64,000 nucleotides of DNA, taken from contig CM074805.1 in the NCBI GenBank assembly GCA_037447605.1, forward strand, positions 4,435,361 to 4,499,360, written 5' to 3'. Of this stretch, positions 36,301-50,141 are shown piece by piece. Each line of letters opens with the position of its first letter. The first letter of the stretch is position 1. This stretch comes from Zygnema circumcarinatum SAG 698-1b (lineage: Eukaryota; Plantae; Zygnematophyceae). Both the position numbers and the translations under genes were made by a program. The notes under the pieces were generated by a model, which did not search any database, was not told the DNA's origin, and saw nothing but the letters and a program-made list of their open reading frames with translations.

Positions 36301-36713
36301 TACACGTATCTTGATTCCAGAATTTCAATTGGAGCACTGACAGTAAGGCCACCTAGATGCCACGAAAGAAAATAAAGATTCAAACTTTCTTGCACGATAT
36401 TACTGCAACGGAGCAAGGTCTTGACAAAAGCTTGAAAACAGACTAAAAACAGCTTGAGAAAGGAGTTTCTTACAGCAAAAGACACCACAAGGAATCAGAA
36501 AACTCCGCAGTTCCTAAGCAACATCTTGCAATCATTGCTGCTGCTGCCATCAAGCAAGGCAAAGCACGGGAAACAAGCACAACTGAGCTCACCTGTTTCC
36601 ACCATGGGTGGCATGCCTCCAGCAGCACCACCATCCTCTACAGCAGCGTTGTTTCCACGCACCAAAGGCACACAGAAGAGAAAGAGAGCGATAAATATCG
36701 ATGCGCGCGCCAT
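33395..36713 (-). CDS. NEMP/PNET2-family nuclear envelope integral membrane protein
   Basis: Signal peptide MARASIFIALFLFCVPLVRG; VCLHR/NESIEMGSC; LMAPILSQWLLFYYSSGMLFG; GAGLGYWTTR...EGTITPSIAEFVKWAMRIV. These match remembered PNET2/NEMP motifs. The C-terminal exons are less certain. Confidence 0.78.
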
Positions 36714-37917
36714 GGCTCGGATCAAATGATCCGCCCGCAACAGCGCTCGCCTGAGGGGAAGAAGAAAGAGAAGAAGAAAGTGTGTGTAAGCAGGGCCGAG
36801 CGCCTTTTGGCTCCCGAGAGGAGCCGGCCTGCCGTGTCAGGGAAGGCACCCAGCCAACAGACTTTTTGGTCCCACACGTTCCTGTCCGTCCATTCCGTCC
36901 GTTGGTCCCGCGCCGACCCGATAAGGTTGGGACTGCGGCCGCCGTTCGATGAACGGCGAAGCTTCCGTGGCCGTTCGATGTAAACGGAACCGCCGTTCGA
37001 TGTATTAAATCAATTTATCGCAGTAGATAGCCTGTTCGTACGTGATGGCTACATCGAACGGTTACACTGCTTCGCATATATCGTGCGTGCACGTAGCGTA
37101 TCGTATCGTACTGTATTGTGCGTCATCAGTATTGTGCAATATCGTTGCATATCGTACTATATCGTATCGTGTTTGAGAAGAATCTGGCTGTGAGGCTCAT
37201 GCAGCTGTCGCCCTTGTGGAGGCGGCACGTGGCGTAGGGCGACCGCGCCATGGCGCTGACGCCAACAGAGAGCTGAGAAACGACCCGAAAGAAAATTTCA
37301 ATATGGAGATAAGGCGGAAAGAAGGGGGGGAAGGGAGAAAGTGAGAGTAGAGAGAGTGGAGAGAGTGTCTCTTTTTGGATATTGGTCTTCGCAACAAAAC
37401 ACACAAGATCAGAGTACTTAATTGAAACTAACAAAAAAACTTCTCAGCCGTTTTGTATAATGTTCAGATAGCCGTGGCTAAAACTTAAAAGCTTAATACT
37501 TTGGCCGAGCACTACGCGAATCATCTGCTCGAGAATCAATTGATCGATGTGCCTTTATTAACAACGGCATTAACGTATTATTCGCTTCAAAGTGGGCATC
37601 GTCCCCAATGTTTCAATACACGGTTGTTCACACGAACTTGTTCCGATCGAACAAGTAAAAGTCCACGTCTTGTAGCGACCCACCGCCTTTCACTTCCACT
37701 ATTTCTCAACCAACAAGGAGGGAGCCCCAATGCCCATCCGCCATGGGTGTGAACCCGAGTTTTGGACTCCTTTCCGAGGCGGGTACGACTGGTTGCGCTT
37801 CTCCTTTTGGACGCATGCGATCCCTTGCGTTCTCATGCATGGGGTCGCATGCATGCCGCATCCCATGCCCGCACATGAGGGAGGCTGCATGCATTGTCTC
37901 CATGGCGAGGCGGGGAA

Positions 37918-37977
37918 TCATCCATCCATCCATCCATCCATCCATCCATCCATCCATCCATCCATCCATCCATCCAT
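37918..37977. repeat. (ATCC)n microsatellite
   Basis: Read directly. Confidence 0.9.
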
Positions 37978-38198
37978 CGAGCGAGCGGCGGGTGGAGGGA
38001 TCGTCCGCCTCTGCGCGTTCTCGTGAAGGGGAGCGCTCTCCCTCTGCTGCTTTGGTGGGTGCCCTAAACGAGGCACCGAGCGATACCGGCGCATTGCAAG
38101 CCTCCGCCGTAACTCTTGAATGCTGCCTTCAGTTACCGACCAAGTGCCTGGTAGGTTCAACTCAAGCGCCTGACTTCAGGAGAGGGAGAGAGACGAGG

Positions 38199-38918
<720 letters not shown>

Positions 38919-39064
38919 GTCCGAACTTCAATCCCTGAGCAGAGAGACAAGCAGCAGGTAGAGCACCGAATCGTCTTCATTTGGTGGGAGTGCCTGCGAA
39001 AACTGTACTCCCCCAGGCGCCTCCTGTGGATGAAGTTTGCAGCAGGAAGTCGCCCCCAGGCCTC

Positions 39065-40495
39065 TTAGGGATTCTCAGCGCCATCCATGTCGTAGATGCT
39101 CTCAGTCTCCACATCCCCCTCCTGCCATATCATGGCCGGCGCCTCCTTCTCTGTGAGCAGCTTCCATATACTGAAGCCGTGCATGAGGGAGAGGAAGGGT
39201 AGAGTGTATCGTGGGATGAGCAGGACTGTGTACCACAGATACCTGCATAGAGTCAGCGGCAGCAACCCTATAGGCTCAGATTCAAGGTAGAAAGAGGCCT
39301 GGAATGTAATGGTTTGAATATTTCTTTTCTGTTTCCAACGATTGGCGTATTGACAGACCATACATGTGACGCAGTCACTGATTCACACCAGAACATATGT
39401 TACGGAAGGGTAGTCTCAGGAAACAATAAACAAATGTTCGAAAGCAGTCTATGGTGCAGCAAATGCGGTCATTGCAGAACCTCATATGATGATTAGGGAT
39501 GAGGAATAATTCCCGACTATTTGTTCAACCCTAGCCAGCCATTGAGCGCGAAGGGATGAGCGGCTGGTGAAAATAAAAGCAAAAAAAATTCAATGAGAGG
39601 GGGAAAGAAGTAGAAAATATGGAAGCTCAGCCAGACCCTTAAGTGCCAGTGCACAAGGGGGGTCACCCTCGCAAAAAAACAACATAGTGGAAGCTTCTGT
39701 GCGCCGCTTCGTTTCCGCAGTATACCTTAAAATGAGGCAAATTCTGCCCCCAAAATGACTTAAATCTCCGGTGCAAGTCTGCGATCTCGTATCACCACCA
39801 ACAAAAGAAGCCAAGACCCACCTGATGGGCAGCCTCTGCGCGACCCTCTCCGCTATGAACTTGTCAAGAAAGGCCCCTCCGCACGCGAGAGACATGACTA
39901 TCTCCGCCAAGCAGACTGCATTCCAGCCCAAGCCGAGCTCCTTGGCATGCCCTGTTCCCGTTGCAAACGCATGCGCCATGATGGGTGCAGAAATGCCCGC
40001 CATGGTGTCCCCCCATCCCACGGGTATGGCGTAGGCCGCAGGGAGATACCCCATGTCAAAGAGAGTGAGAAGAAGGTAGCCCATGCATCGCACAGTATGG
40101 AGACCCATCAGCCATGGCTGCGGAGTGTCGTGAAGGATCTCGCGGAAGGTGGGAAAGGCGAGCAGAGGGACGGATCCCAGAAGGGCGAAGAGAAGGAAGG
40201 GGACGGCAATTCCAATGGGGCCGGGAAGGAGGCCGACGGGAGTGAAGAGGTGGATGAGGAAGAAGGAGCCGAGGAGGGTGCTGGCCAGGTATATGACGAT
40301 CTTGCGCATGGAGGGAGGGTGGAGGTTGGGGAGGCCGTCGATGCCCTGCAGGAGAGCGAGGAAGGAGAGGAGCGTGATGGTGAAGTTGCCGGCGAAGACA
40401 GCCACTGCTGCGTGGACAGGGAAAGGAGGCTGCAGAATGAGAGGCGGAGGAGGAGGAGGAAGAAGGGGGGGGTGGTGGCGGACTTGGTAGGGCAT
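39065..40495 (-). CDS. Multi-pass membrane protein resembling an uncharacterised bacterial family
   Basis: Exon 40495-39822 and exon 39242-39065 join in phase 2 (..LPIR/YLWYTVLLIPRYTLPFLSLMHGFSIWKLL). About 7 hydrophobic segments; motif GLHTVRCMG..LPAAYAIPVGWGD. Confidence 0.8.
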
Positions 40496-41110
40496 GGCTG
40501 CAGGCGGGAGAGGGCGAGGAAGAGGAAGCAGGAGAAGGAGAGGGAGAGGGAGAATGGGTAAGGGAGAGAGAGCGGGAAGAAAAAAATGGAGTGAGAAGTT
40601 TGAACGAGGGCTGACCGAGAAGTTGCCGGCCGGCAGCCGGCCGAGGGGCGACCGGCGACCGCCCGTCAGCCATGTCATGATCGTACGGCAGCCGTTACAA
40701 ACGAACGGGCCGTACACGTCTGTACGAAATCCAAATTGCCGATCCATCAGACCAATAGAAGAACCCCACGTGGCATTTACATGCGCTTAATTTTTCAGTC
40801 AACCAATAGAAGATGCCACGATGGCAGCGGCAAGGTGAAATGTCGAGGCGCCACGTGGTAGTCGGAAAATTCGGCGAATGAGCGGCTGCCACGTAGCATG
40901 AAGTGGACCTACATTTACGGACTCTTTTACCGAGGATCTGGAGCGGTCGTAAGAGGGAGGGAGAGGGAGAGGGAGAGGGAGAGGGAGAGGGAGAGGGAGA
41001 GGAGAGAGGAGAGAGGAGAGTGAGGGGGAGGGGGTGAGCGAGAGGGGAGAGAGTGTGAGAGGGACAGGAAAGTAGACCGGGCATGGGGATGCAGGGAGGA
41101 GGGCGTAGCC

Positions 41111-43314
41111 ATGGAGCCATGGCGGAAGAGAGGATTTTGGGGGCTGGAAAGTGGGGAGGGTTTGGGAGGGCAGCTGTCGCTGTGGCTGGGGGAAGGTGAG
41201 AGGGAACTGCGCCTCTTTTAGGCGTTTTGAAGGCTCTTGTTTTCTGCGAAGCTTTCAGGATCTTGGAATCTTCATACTTTTAGTTCTGGGCATGAAGGTC
41301 CAAATGCATTTTTGGTGCAACGGGTTGTCGATGCTGTCCTCTCTGCCGAGAAGCTTCCTCAGATCGCAACCTGGCTGATATTTAGGAATTGCTCTTTTTG
41401 AAACTTCTAAGATTTCAATATGATTTGAAAGTCTTGTCCTGCTGTCTATGCATGGACTTTTGTTTTGCTCAAGATGCTCGCTATAGAGCAAGGAAGGCCT
41501 CGCCTTGTAGAATTTGCCGTCAGGTTCAATCTGAGTTTAAGGCTTTTGCAGGAATGACCTCTTAGTCGCTAAACCTAGTCGCTCTCTTCTTTCTGCAATT
41601 CCAACTAATCTGCTTAGAATAATTGTTCGGTGCCTCAGGCCCTTTTGTTATCTCAATTCCTAAGCATCCAAACCCTTCCCTATGTCAGATCTGTGAAACG
41701 AAAAAACAGACAATTTTGGGTCTTTGTATTGACGAAGGTCCGGTTGCCTGGCAGTGTTGTCTTGAAGCCTTACGATCAATGCTAAAGCTGTTTTTTGACC
41801 CTTCTGAATCCGCCTTATAATATCTGTTCCACTATTCCCCATTAAAAGCTCTGGTCCGCTTTCCTGGTTAACCATTAGTAACCATTGTGGCGAAGAAAGT
41901 AAAATAAAAGACGAGGAGAGAGGAAAAAGAGAGTACGACAAGCGTGGCTTTTATGAATCATACTCCATTTTGAACAGCTTTCAGAAGACAAGTTACATTC
42001 ACACAACAAAAGACATAATTTGATTAATGGTATGGGGGGATTACTTCCTTGCAGGCTGGTAGCTTTTGATACACGTAAAGTGTGTCGGCCCTCAGTACCA
42101 ATATATCCTCACGGAAAACCTTCAAACATTTTCATTTTGAGTGCGATTTCAGCAGTGGATAGAGGAATGCAGACCTCCGATGTCTCTTCTAGTGAGGGAG
42201 GGAAACTTCAGTCAGAAAAAGCAGACAGTGCAGAGGAGCATCAGGCAGCAGGTTGCCTTTTTTCACACTAGGGGCTTCCTCTCGTCGCCGTACATTATGC
42301 TATGATGGAGCCTTTAGACACTGCTTAAAGTTTTTTAGGGTTTGTCTTACTCTTCCCTAACAAGGCATGGTAATCTGGCCTTGGATGATGCGTACAAATT
42401 TGCAGGAAATCCTTCTCAAGTTCGCCTATCCCCCCTAGGAGGCGGAGGAGGAGGAGGAGGAGGAGGAGAAGTGCTTACAGTGGGGACAGGACTCTTGCTG
42501 CTTCTGGCAGCTCTTTTTGCAGCTCTTCTCAAAGGAGGTAAGTCTTAACTTAGAATTAGCAGAGACAAATAGGTGGAATCTGGTGCATTTTTGCTGTCAT
42601 TATTAAAGAGTAGTTGCGAAGAATTGAGAGCTGTGGTGTTGTGAAATGGTGCAGGAAAGGAGAGCAGGAGCGTTTCACATCCTGACGGAGGCCCGGAGGA
42701 GAAAGAAGAGGTACATTGGTGGGAGCGATTTGTTAAGTAAAGAATGGCTTTTATGGTGTTAGGGTTTGCTAATGTAATCAGATCCCCTGAACTCAAACTT
42801 GTGGTTATCTTTTGCTGTTGAAAGCTTTTGCGTCTGAAGAACTGCATCTGTATAAAAATAATGATAATGATAATGCTAATGATGATGAATTTGCAGAAGA
42901 TAGAGGGCTTAATTCGAGGCTTACGAGCAGGCATAAAGGTGGAGGAAGAAGAGATGGTAAAACGAGCTGAAGGTAGGAGAGGTGAAGAGAAAGAGATGGC
43001 GGGAGGGGCAGAGAGTGTGGATAGAGGGGAGGAGAGAGAGGAGAGAGATGATGAGCGAGCAGGTCCGGCGGAAGGAGGCCAGTCTTCAGAAATTCAACAC
43101 CAGGTGCTGCTCATTTCCATGATTTTTTTATCACATTTTTAATAGTAGATTGCTGGTGACCCTGGAAACAAAAATGTTCAAAGTCTTGCTTTTATTCCAT
43201 TTGAGTTTCATGAAGAATGACGAGAATAATTATTTTCTGGGATTCCAAAACGTCCAGATAAAGCCCTTCCAGGCAGGAGATCCTTCAGGCAGCCCCCTCC
43301 AGCAGCAGCAGCTG
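41111..43314 (+). other. Series of small putative exons, either an N-terminal extension of the alpha-amylase or a separate gene
   Basis: ATG at 41111/41119 with a GTGAG donor near 41195. AG/GT-bounded open segments at ~42155-42250, 42407-42538, 42651-42710, 42897-43101 and 43271-43314. A unique frame could not be fixed. Confidence 0.35.
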
Positions 43315-43789
43315 GTGAGATTAGGGTCAGAAACTAAGCTTGTTTGCTGTTTCCCTGCAAACACTTGGGAGTTCCCAAACATCAGTTTCCTCACGAGTTA
43401 ACTAGAACTTTTTAAAACGTGAAATCCATCCAATTTGAAATGTTCGGTTCTTGAGGCCCAGTTTTGAGTTCATAGGAGCCTGAAGAAATATGAAAAAAAA
43501 GGCGAACTTTCCCAAAATGGGGGGGGTGGGGGGGGTCCTTTTATTTTCATTTGTTTTTTGTTAGTCTGTGTGAGTGGAATTTTGACCCAAAGCCTGCCAT
43601 AGCGGCTGCAGGAAGGCGAGAGCGCGCTGAGGGTGGAGGAGGGTGGGAGGCGGCCTCTCTCCCACTCATGCTGCTTGGGACACGTGTGCTGCCAAAAGGC
43701 AAAATGCAGCGCCCAAGTTCCACCCGCGAGCTCGAACTGACTTTAGGAAGGGAGCGGACTCTCCTGCAGGGCGGCCCGCCAAGGTGCAG

Positions 43790-46700
43790 GAAGGACACGA
43801 GATTATCCTGCAGGTCTGCTCCCTCCTCCCTCCCTCCCTCCCTCCCTCCCTCCCTCCCNNNNNNNNNNTCCCTCTCTCCCTCCCTCCCTCACTTACCAGT
43901 AACCTATGGTGTTGGTGCCACATGGCAGGCCTTCAGCTGGGAGTCCCACAAGACTTCCCCTTCCTTCTGGGAGGTGCTAAAAGACAAAGTCACCGACATA
44001 GCAGCCGCAGGCTTTACCTCTGTGTGGCTGCCCCCTGCCTCGGACTCTCTCGCTCCGCAAGGTACTACAGCCTCTCGCCTCCCACCCCTCCTCTCCTCTT
44101 CTACTCTCTCCCTCCCTCTCTTTCTCTCGTCTCCTCTCCCCTCGCTGCTTCCTCCTCCTCTGCTCCCTCGTTCCCTACCCATCCCTTCTCCCCCACTCTC
44201 CTTTCCCTCTCTCTCCCACTCTTCCCCTTTCCTCTCCCTCTCTTCCTCTCGCCGTCTCCTCCTCTCTCCTCCCCCCATCTCTCCTCTCCCTCCCTCTCTC
44301 TCTCCCTCCCTCCCCTCTCCCTCACCTCTCGCGGCCGCGCAGGCTACCTCCCCCGCGACCTGTACTCCCTGCACTCTGCGTACGGTTCCGAACCGGCCCT
44401 GCGCGCTCTCCTCTCTGCCCTGCGGGAGGCGGGAGTTGGAGCATGTGCTGACGTGGTCCTGAACCACCGGATTGGTTCCGTACAGTCCGCGGGAGGCCTC
44501 TACACGCGCTATGACGGCATGCCTCTCCCGTGGGACGAGACAGCTGTCACGTCCGACACGGGGGGACAGGTGGAGCCCCTCTCAACTCTCAGGTTTGGGT
44601 TGTAGGGGCTGTGAGAGGCTCAATTTGGGGGAAAGAAAAGGGCAGTAGAACTGAAACTGCAAACTGTTTCTATGCGTGTTGATTCAGGGCCAAGCGAGCA
44701 CTGGAGATGTGTTTCAAGGCGTACCGAACATTGATCACACGCAGGAGAGGGTGCGGAGAGATATCTCAGAGTGGCTGAAATGGCTGAGGAGAGATGTGGG
44801 CTTTCATAGTTTCCGTTTCGACTATGCAAAGGGGTCAGAAGCTCCCTTGCTTGGCAGAGTGGGGGTTATTTTCTTAAGAGAACATTTTTTTTTTGTTTGA
44901 AAGACGAGAGGTTTTTACTGGTTCGGTCCTCCATTGGCATTTAAACCAACTTCAACGTGATGGCTGAATACTCATTAGTCACCGATAGTGAATTAGTACC
45001 GGTTGTTGTTTGGAGTTAAAGCTGTGATGTCCTTTTGGAATTGTGCAAGTTCAGGTACAGTCCCGAGTTTGTGAAGGAGTACATCGCGGCGGGAGAGCCT
45101 GCTTTAGCGGTGGGAGAGTTCTGGGATGCGTGCAACTACTCGGGGGATGACTACCAGTTCGACTATGACCAAGGTCAGGAGTTCAAGTCTTAGGCTCGGC
45201 AGTGCCTTTTACGAGACTCAGAGTTTTAATTGTACATGAGTTCACATAGACGTTGGGCTTTGAAATTTTTCGTTTGTTGGCGTACTGCTACCAGCGAAAG
45301 TCTCGTCTTTTGGAGTGGGAATGTTCGGCAAACACTTTAAATTCATTGTCAGCAATTCATTGTTGGAGTATAGAATTGGCACGTACTCAGGATCCAAAAG
45401 TTTTTGATTTCATAGTTTAGTGGAGCCAGTGACCAAATTAGCCATGAATTTGTGACCAAATTAGCCATGAATTTGACTCATACGAAGGGGAGAGGTTTGC
45501 AGACAGCCATCGGCAGCGCATAAGAGATTGGATCGAGCGAGCGGGAGGGACCGCCTGCGCCTTCGACTTCACCACAAAAGGGATTTTGCAAGTGAGGGGA
45601 ATACGAACTTGAATGAGAAATAGATGGGCAGGAAAATGTATTCAAAAGAGGAGGCGAATTGTTACAAAGCTCTCTATAAGTTCTCTATGGAACGAAGCCG
45701 TTGTTCTGGGGAGAGAAGGAGAGATGAAAATATGATCCAGTGTTGGGATGTAGCAAAAGTTGAGAGAGCTCTTGGAGTGGGCTTGAAGCGGAGGAGAGAG
45801 AGAGAGGGAGAGAGGGAGAGAGGGAGAGAGGGAGAGAGGGAGAGAGGGAGAGAGGGAGAGGGAGAGAGAGGGAGAGAGGGAGAGAGGGAGAGGGAGTGGC
45901 CCTGCACTTGCGGCATTGGAGCTCAGTGCAGGAGAGGAGGGGCCCTTTTGCAGGAGGCTGTACGGCGCAAGGAGTGGTGGCGCCTGAAGGACCCGCAGGG
46001 CCGTCCTAGTGGTTTCCTCGGCCTCTGGCCGGAGCGCGCCGTCACCTTCGTGGAAAACCACGACACGGGATCCACGCAGGTGGGCCTCGATCGATCTCAA
46101 CCGTCCATTGCTGTGACAGGGAGCTGACTGGCCCTTTGTGCAGTATAAAAAAACGGCTTTGGTTAGAGTTAGTTAGTGTTAGGGTTAGGGTTAGGGTTAG
46201 GGTTAGGGTTAGGGTTAGGGTTAGGGTTAGGGTTAGGGTTAGGGTTAGGGTTAGGGTTAGGGTTAGGGTTAGCGTTAGGGCTGGGGTTTAGGGTTAGGGT
46301 TAGGGTTAGGGTTAGGGTTAGGGTTAGGATTAGGGTTAGGGTTAGGGTTCGGGTTCGGGTTCGGGTTCGGGTTCGGGTTCGGGTTCGGGTTCGGGTTCGG
46401 GTTCGGGTTAGGGTTAGGGTTAGGATTAGGGTTAGGTTTAGGGTTAGGGTTAGGGTTAGGGTTATGGTTAGGGTTAGAACTAGGGTCAGGGTTGAAGAAG
46501 AAAGGGAAGGGGTTGACATGGTTGATGATTGCTGAAAGGGTGGGGAGAAATTGGGATTGCAGGCTCACTGGCCTTTTCCGAGCGAACACATACTCCAGGT
46601 TTGGTTTCTTTCTAGTGGAGACTATGTCCCTGCAGTTTGTGAATGTGCAGAATGAAGAGAGAGGGAGGGCTGGAGGGATGCATGTCGCTGCAGAAGGGGG

Positions 46701-47299
46701 AACCCGCAGCCTCAAAGACTCACTCGCTCTCTGCATTTGAGAGGATGGTGCAGGGGTACGCGTACATTCTGACGCATCCGGGACAGCCGACAGTGTTCTA
46801 TGATCACATCTATGAGTGGGGAGATGAAGTGAGGGGCTCCATTTTGCAGCTGGTGCGTCCGCAACCTCTCACTTGCCAAATCAAATAGAGTGCTGCTGCT
46901 TTCGCTGCACTGACATTGCTTCATGACCATCTCAGAAACAACTGCCAGTTAACCCTAAATTTCATCTGCACCATCGTTGCCCCACTTCCCCTCCATGCAT
47001 GCGTCCATGAACGTGTCCATGCGTGCCTCCCTCTCCTCCCCATTGCATGGCCGCCATGGATGATGGATGATGGCATGCATGCATGCATGCAGATGGAGGT
47101 GCGGCGCAGGGCGGGCATCTGCAGCAGCTCTGTGGTCGACATCTGGCAGGCGGACAGCGACATCTACGTGGCGGCCATCGGGCGGCGGCTCCTCCTGAAG
47201 CTCGGGGAGGCCGCGTGGCCGCCGCCGGAGGGCGCCGGGTGGGACCTCGCGGTGTCGGGCAACGGGTTTGCGGTTTGGACCGCGGGGGCCGCAAACTAG
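43790..47299 (+). CDS. AMY2: Alpha-amylase, GH13 plant AMY2-type (catalytic exons)
   Basis: EIILQ/AFSWES; VWLPP; GYLPRDLY; ADVVLNHR; PNIDH; FRFDYAKG (nucleophile Asp); AVGEFWD (acid/base Glu); [11 protein letters not shown]; HWPFP; [10 protein letters not shown]; stop at 47299. The 5' end is uncertain. Confidence 0.95.
46161..46495 (+). repeat. Interstitial telomere-like array (TTAGGG)n with a (TTCGGG)n block, inside an amylase intron
   Basis: About 55 hexamers. The array lies between the exon ending at ~46080 (HDTGSTQ) and the exon starting at ~46563 (AHWPFP). Confidence 0.95.
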
Positions 47300-48691
47300 G
47301 TTTGCAGTTTGCATTTTCGGGTTTGTACGGAACGGGAAATTGGGGTCTACTGGGGGGGCTTAACATTTTCAGGGGCCAAAATTGTAATATAAGGGAAAGT
47401 TCGGTGTCATATTGAGCCGTTCATCGACGTTCAACTCGTTAGGGCGCGTTCTCATGGTTCTTTGGTAAACTTTTGATGACGTGGTGCAACTTGATGACGT
47501 CACCTGGCTCGTGCGGACGACCGTTGAATGAAACCTCTCGGAAATTCAGTCTCGCCTTCGTACCCGAACAAGAAAAAGGGGTAGACCAACAAGAGTTAAT
47601 TTACCAATAAACGCCGACACGTGGCATACCACTTTCAAGCACTCCCGATCTCCCCACATTATTCGTGGTTTTTATTTCACGGGTGCCACGTGGCGTTTTT
47701 TCGTTAGCTCCTCCAATCCGACAAAATTCGCCCCGGCTCGCTCTTGTTGACGGTTCCAAAAGTTCCACGATTAAACCTCGTCATCGGAGGTTGCAAACTT
47801 TCCGCCTCGGTTTACAATTGCGGCGCTGCCTGCCGATCGCCCACCCCTCGGTGAAATTTGGTCTCTGAGGCGCAACTTGAGGAACCCAAATGTAATATGA
47901 TGAGAGAGTTTCTTCTCCTGACTTTCTCTCCCTCCCCCGGAAGTTTAGGTTTCTCCGTGTCTCCATCATTTGCCGAGACAGGCAAAGGCTTGGAAGTTTT
48001 TCTTTGGTGACTAAATGTTTGCCGCTTATCAAAATTAGCAATTGAAAATGACTGTAGCGGAGCAGGTAGTGAGCTACAGAAGTATCCTGTGCCGTGCCGA
48101 GACTTGAGAGAATTTCGTTTATTTTTTAAAGGCAGAAGGCATTTCCGCTATGTAAAATTTCTTGGCTCGTCAGTTCTGAGCAGATATGCCATTTTCCACT
48201 CGCAGAAACAGGTTGAAATTTATCGTTGGATGTGTTCTTGCGATTTCAAAGAACCCAAGAAAAACATCATGCAGTAAACCAAACAAGAAGTTTCCCAACG
48301 AGCATACTTTTGTAAAAAAGCTGAAATAAAGAAAAAAATAGTGTGAAGCTGCATGGCAGGGCATGCATATGCGCAGTACTCATGTACCCTGCTTAGTGAG
48401 ACTTGACGAATGTCAAAAAAGTGTTCAGAGAGAAGCAGAATGAAGCATTGTATGCACATGACCTGACGCACATGCTGTAAAAAGTCAATAGTTGCTTGCC
48501 TGCCGCAAAACATGCACAGGTTTTAGCTGGAACCAGATGACAATTTGCAATGCTCGAGGACTGGTGACAAAAATCATTAAAAAACGTCTCAGTTATAACT
48601 TTTGTACAAATTGACAGTTCTTTAAAAGCACAATGTGCCAAAAACAAGCACCGACCTGGCTTCGGCCAGGAAGCCAGGAAAGTAAAAACAC

Positions 48692-49652
48692 TTAACCGTG
48701 GCAGATAGAAGCAGTGGGCTGAGCCACGCAGATGTTCGCGAACTTCTTCTTCGCCTCCTTGCTGCCCTTCTTGTCAATGGGAGGCTCTGCGGGAGGGCCC
48801 AGGGCCAACACGGGGCCGGCCATGGCTGCCATGAGAGCAGCTGCTGCGGTGGCGGCAATCATCCGGCGAGAAGGAACGTCATCGGAGGACTTCACAGAGC
48901 ACCGGATGGGCGCCACGCTCTGCACATTTGCAGATTCCGCATAGAAAGGTGTCAAGACAGAGATGCAGCGTTTACGACATGTTAGAAAAAAAAATTGAAG
49001 CCCAGACAACAAAATCTGGTGAACATGCAGGTAGAAAATCTATCGCAGAGGCACCGAGAGCCTTTCAGCTCAACCAAGTTGACCACCATAGTTAAAAATA
49101 CACGCGGCTATAAGATTTAGTTCAAGAAACATCGCACTGCGCCCTGACAAACTTGCAGTAATCCTTCAAAACCAGACAAGGGAAGGGATGACCACCAACA
49201 ACACTTATAATGCCGAAAGATAAGAGAACAGAAACTGATCAGAGTAACTGCTTACCACGGCAACGACCTCGCGGGCAGAAGCACGCAGAGGAGCGGCAGT
49301 GCTTTTGAATGTCTGCATCACCAGGAAAACAACAAATACACAATAAGAAATACTGAGGAACCTCCGAAAAACAACAACCTCCGGATCGCCGGACAGAGCG
49401 CATTACACACTCAAGCCTCACATCACTTCCTTCGGCACAAGACAAACCAATGCTACTTCCTCAAAGCCCTGCCCTGCTCAGCACAGCACAGCAGGCAACC
49501 AGCCGAAACGTAGCCAAACAGCTCACTGGAAGCTGCAAGCCGGCAGTTCCTCATCGGATCCTACTCTACAGAATGCAGGGCAGCCACATGCTGCACATTA
49601 CCGCATTGACTGACGCGAGCTGGGCAGCGGCGGGGCAGGCGAGGGCGGCCAT
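48692..49652 (-). CDS. PSBT: Photosystem II 5 kDa lumenal protein PsbTn
   Basis: Exon 49652-49602 plus exon 48919-48692. Bipartite transit peptide (SRRMIAATAAAAL..GPVLA) and mature end KKGSKEAKKKFANICVAQPTASICHG with the two conserved Cys. Confidence 0.9.
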
Positions 49653-50141
49653 GGCGATGGATTTGGAAGTCTCCTGAAAGCGATCTGCAGTTTGAAAGCT
49701 TCTAGATAGTGGGCGCGGAGAAATGAAGGGCGGGGGAGGGAGGGAAGAGGACTTTTCCAAACCACTTCCTCGTGTTCAGACGGATATCAACAATTGATTG
49801 GTTTTGTTATCCGAATGGTTTCAAGGATATTCTCATAAAGTATAGAAGACGTATCAAATTAGGGTATCTCGTTTCGTGTGAATGCACTGCTTTCGAATTC
49901 AAGCGTGCTGAAAGCAAAGGTAAGGGCCGTGGAGCAGACGGGGGACACGTGTCGGCAAAGGAGCCTCCAGCAGGTGGCTGCAGAAGATAAGGCGTACGAA
50001 CGGGCAGCAGCCCGTCCGTTCTCTCGACCAATGGGAGTCGTCTATCTCAAACACGGGCACAACAACGGGCAGAAACAAATCGTTTAGATAGATAGTCTCG
50101 CACAATGCTCAAGTTATATCTTATCCTTGGAGAGAAAATGG

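Noticed and set aside
45429-45474. Two-copy tandem duplications (23 bp here; also ~54942-54980 and ~62269-62288)
   Set aside because: Ordinary slippage duplications in introns or intergenic DNA. There are no spacers, so they are not CRISPR-like.
46169-46736. ORFs with LGLGLG, RVRVRV or NPNPNP
   Set aside because: These are translations of the telomere-like array, which lies in an amylase intron.
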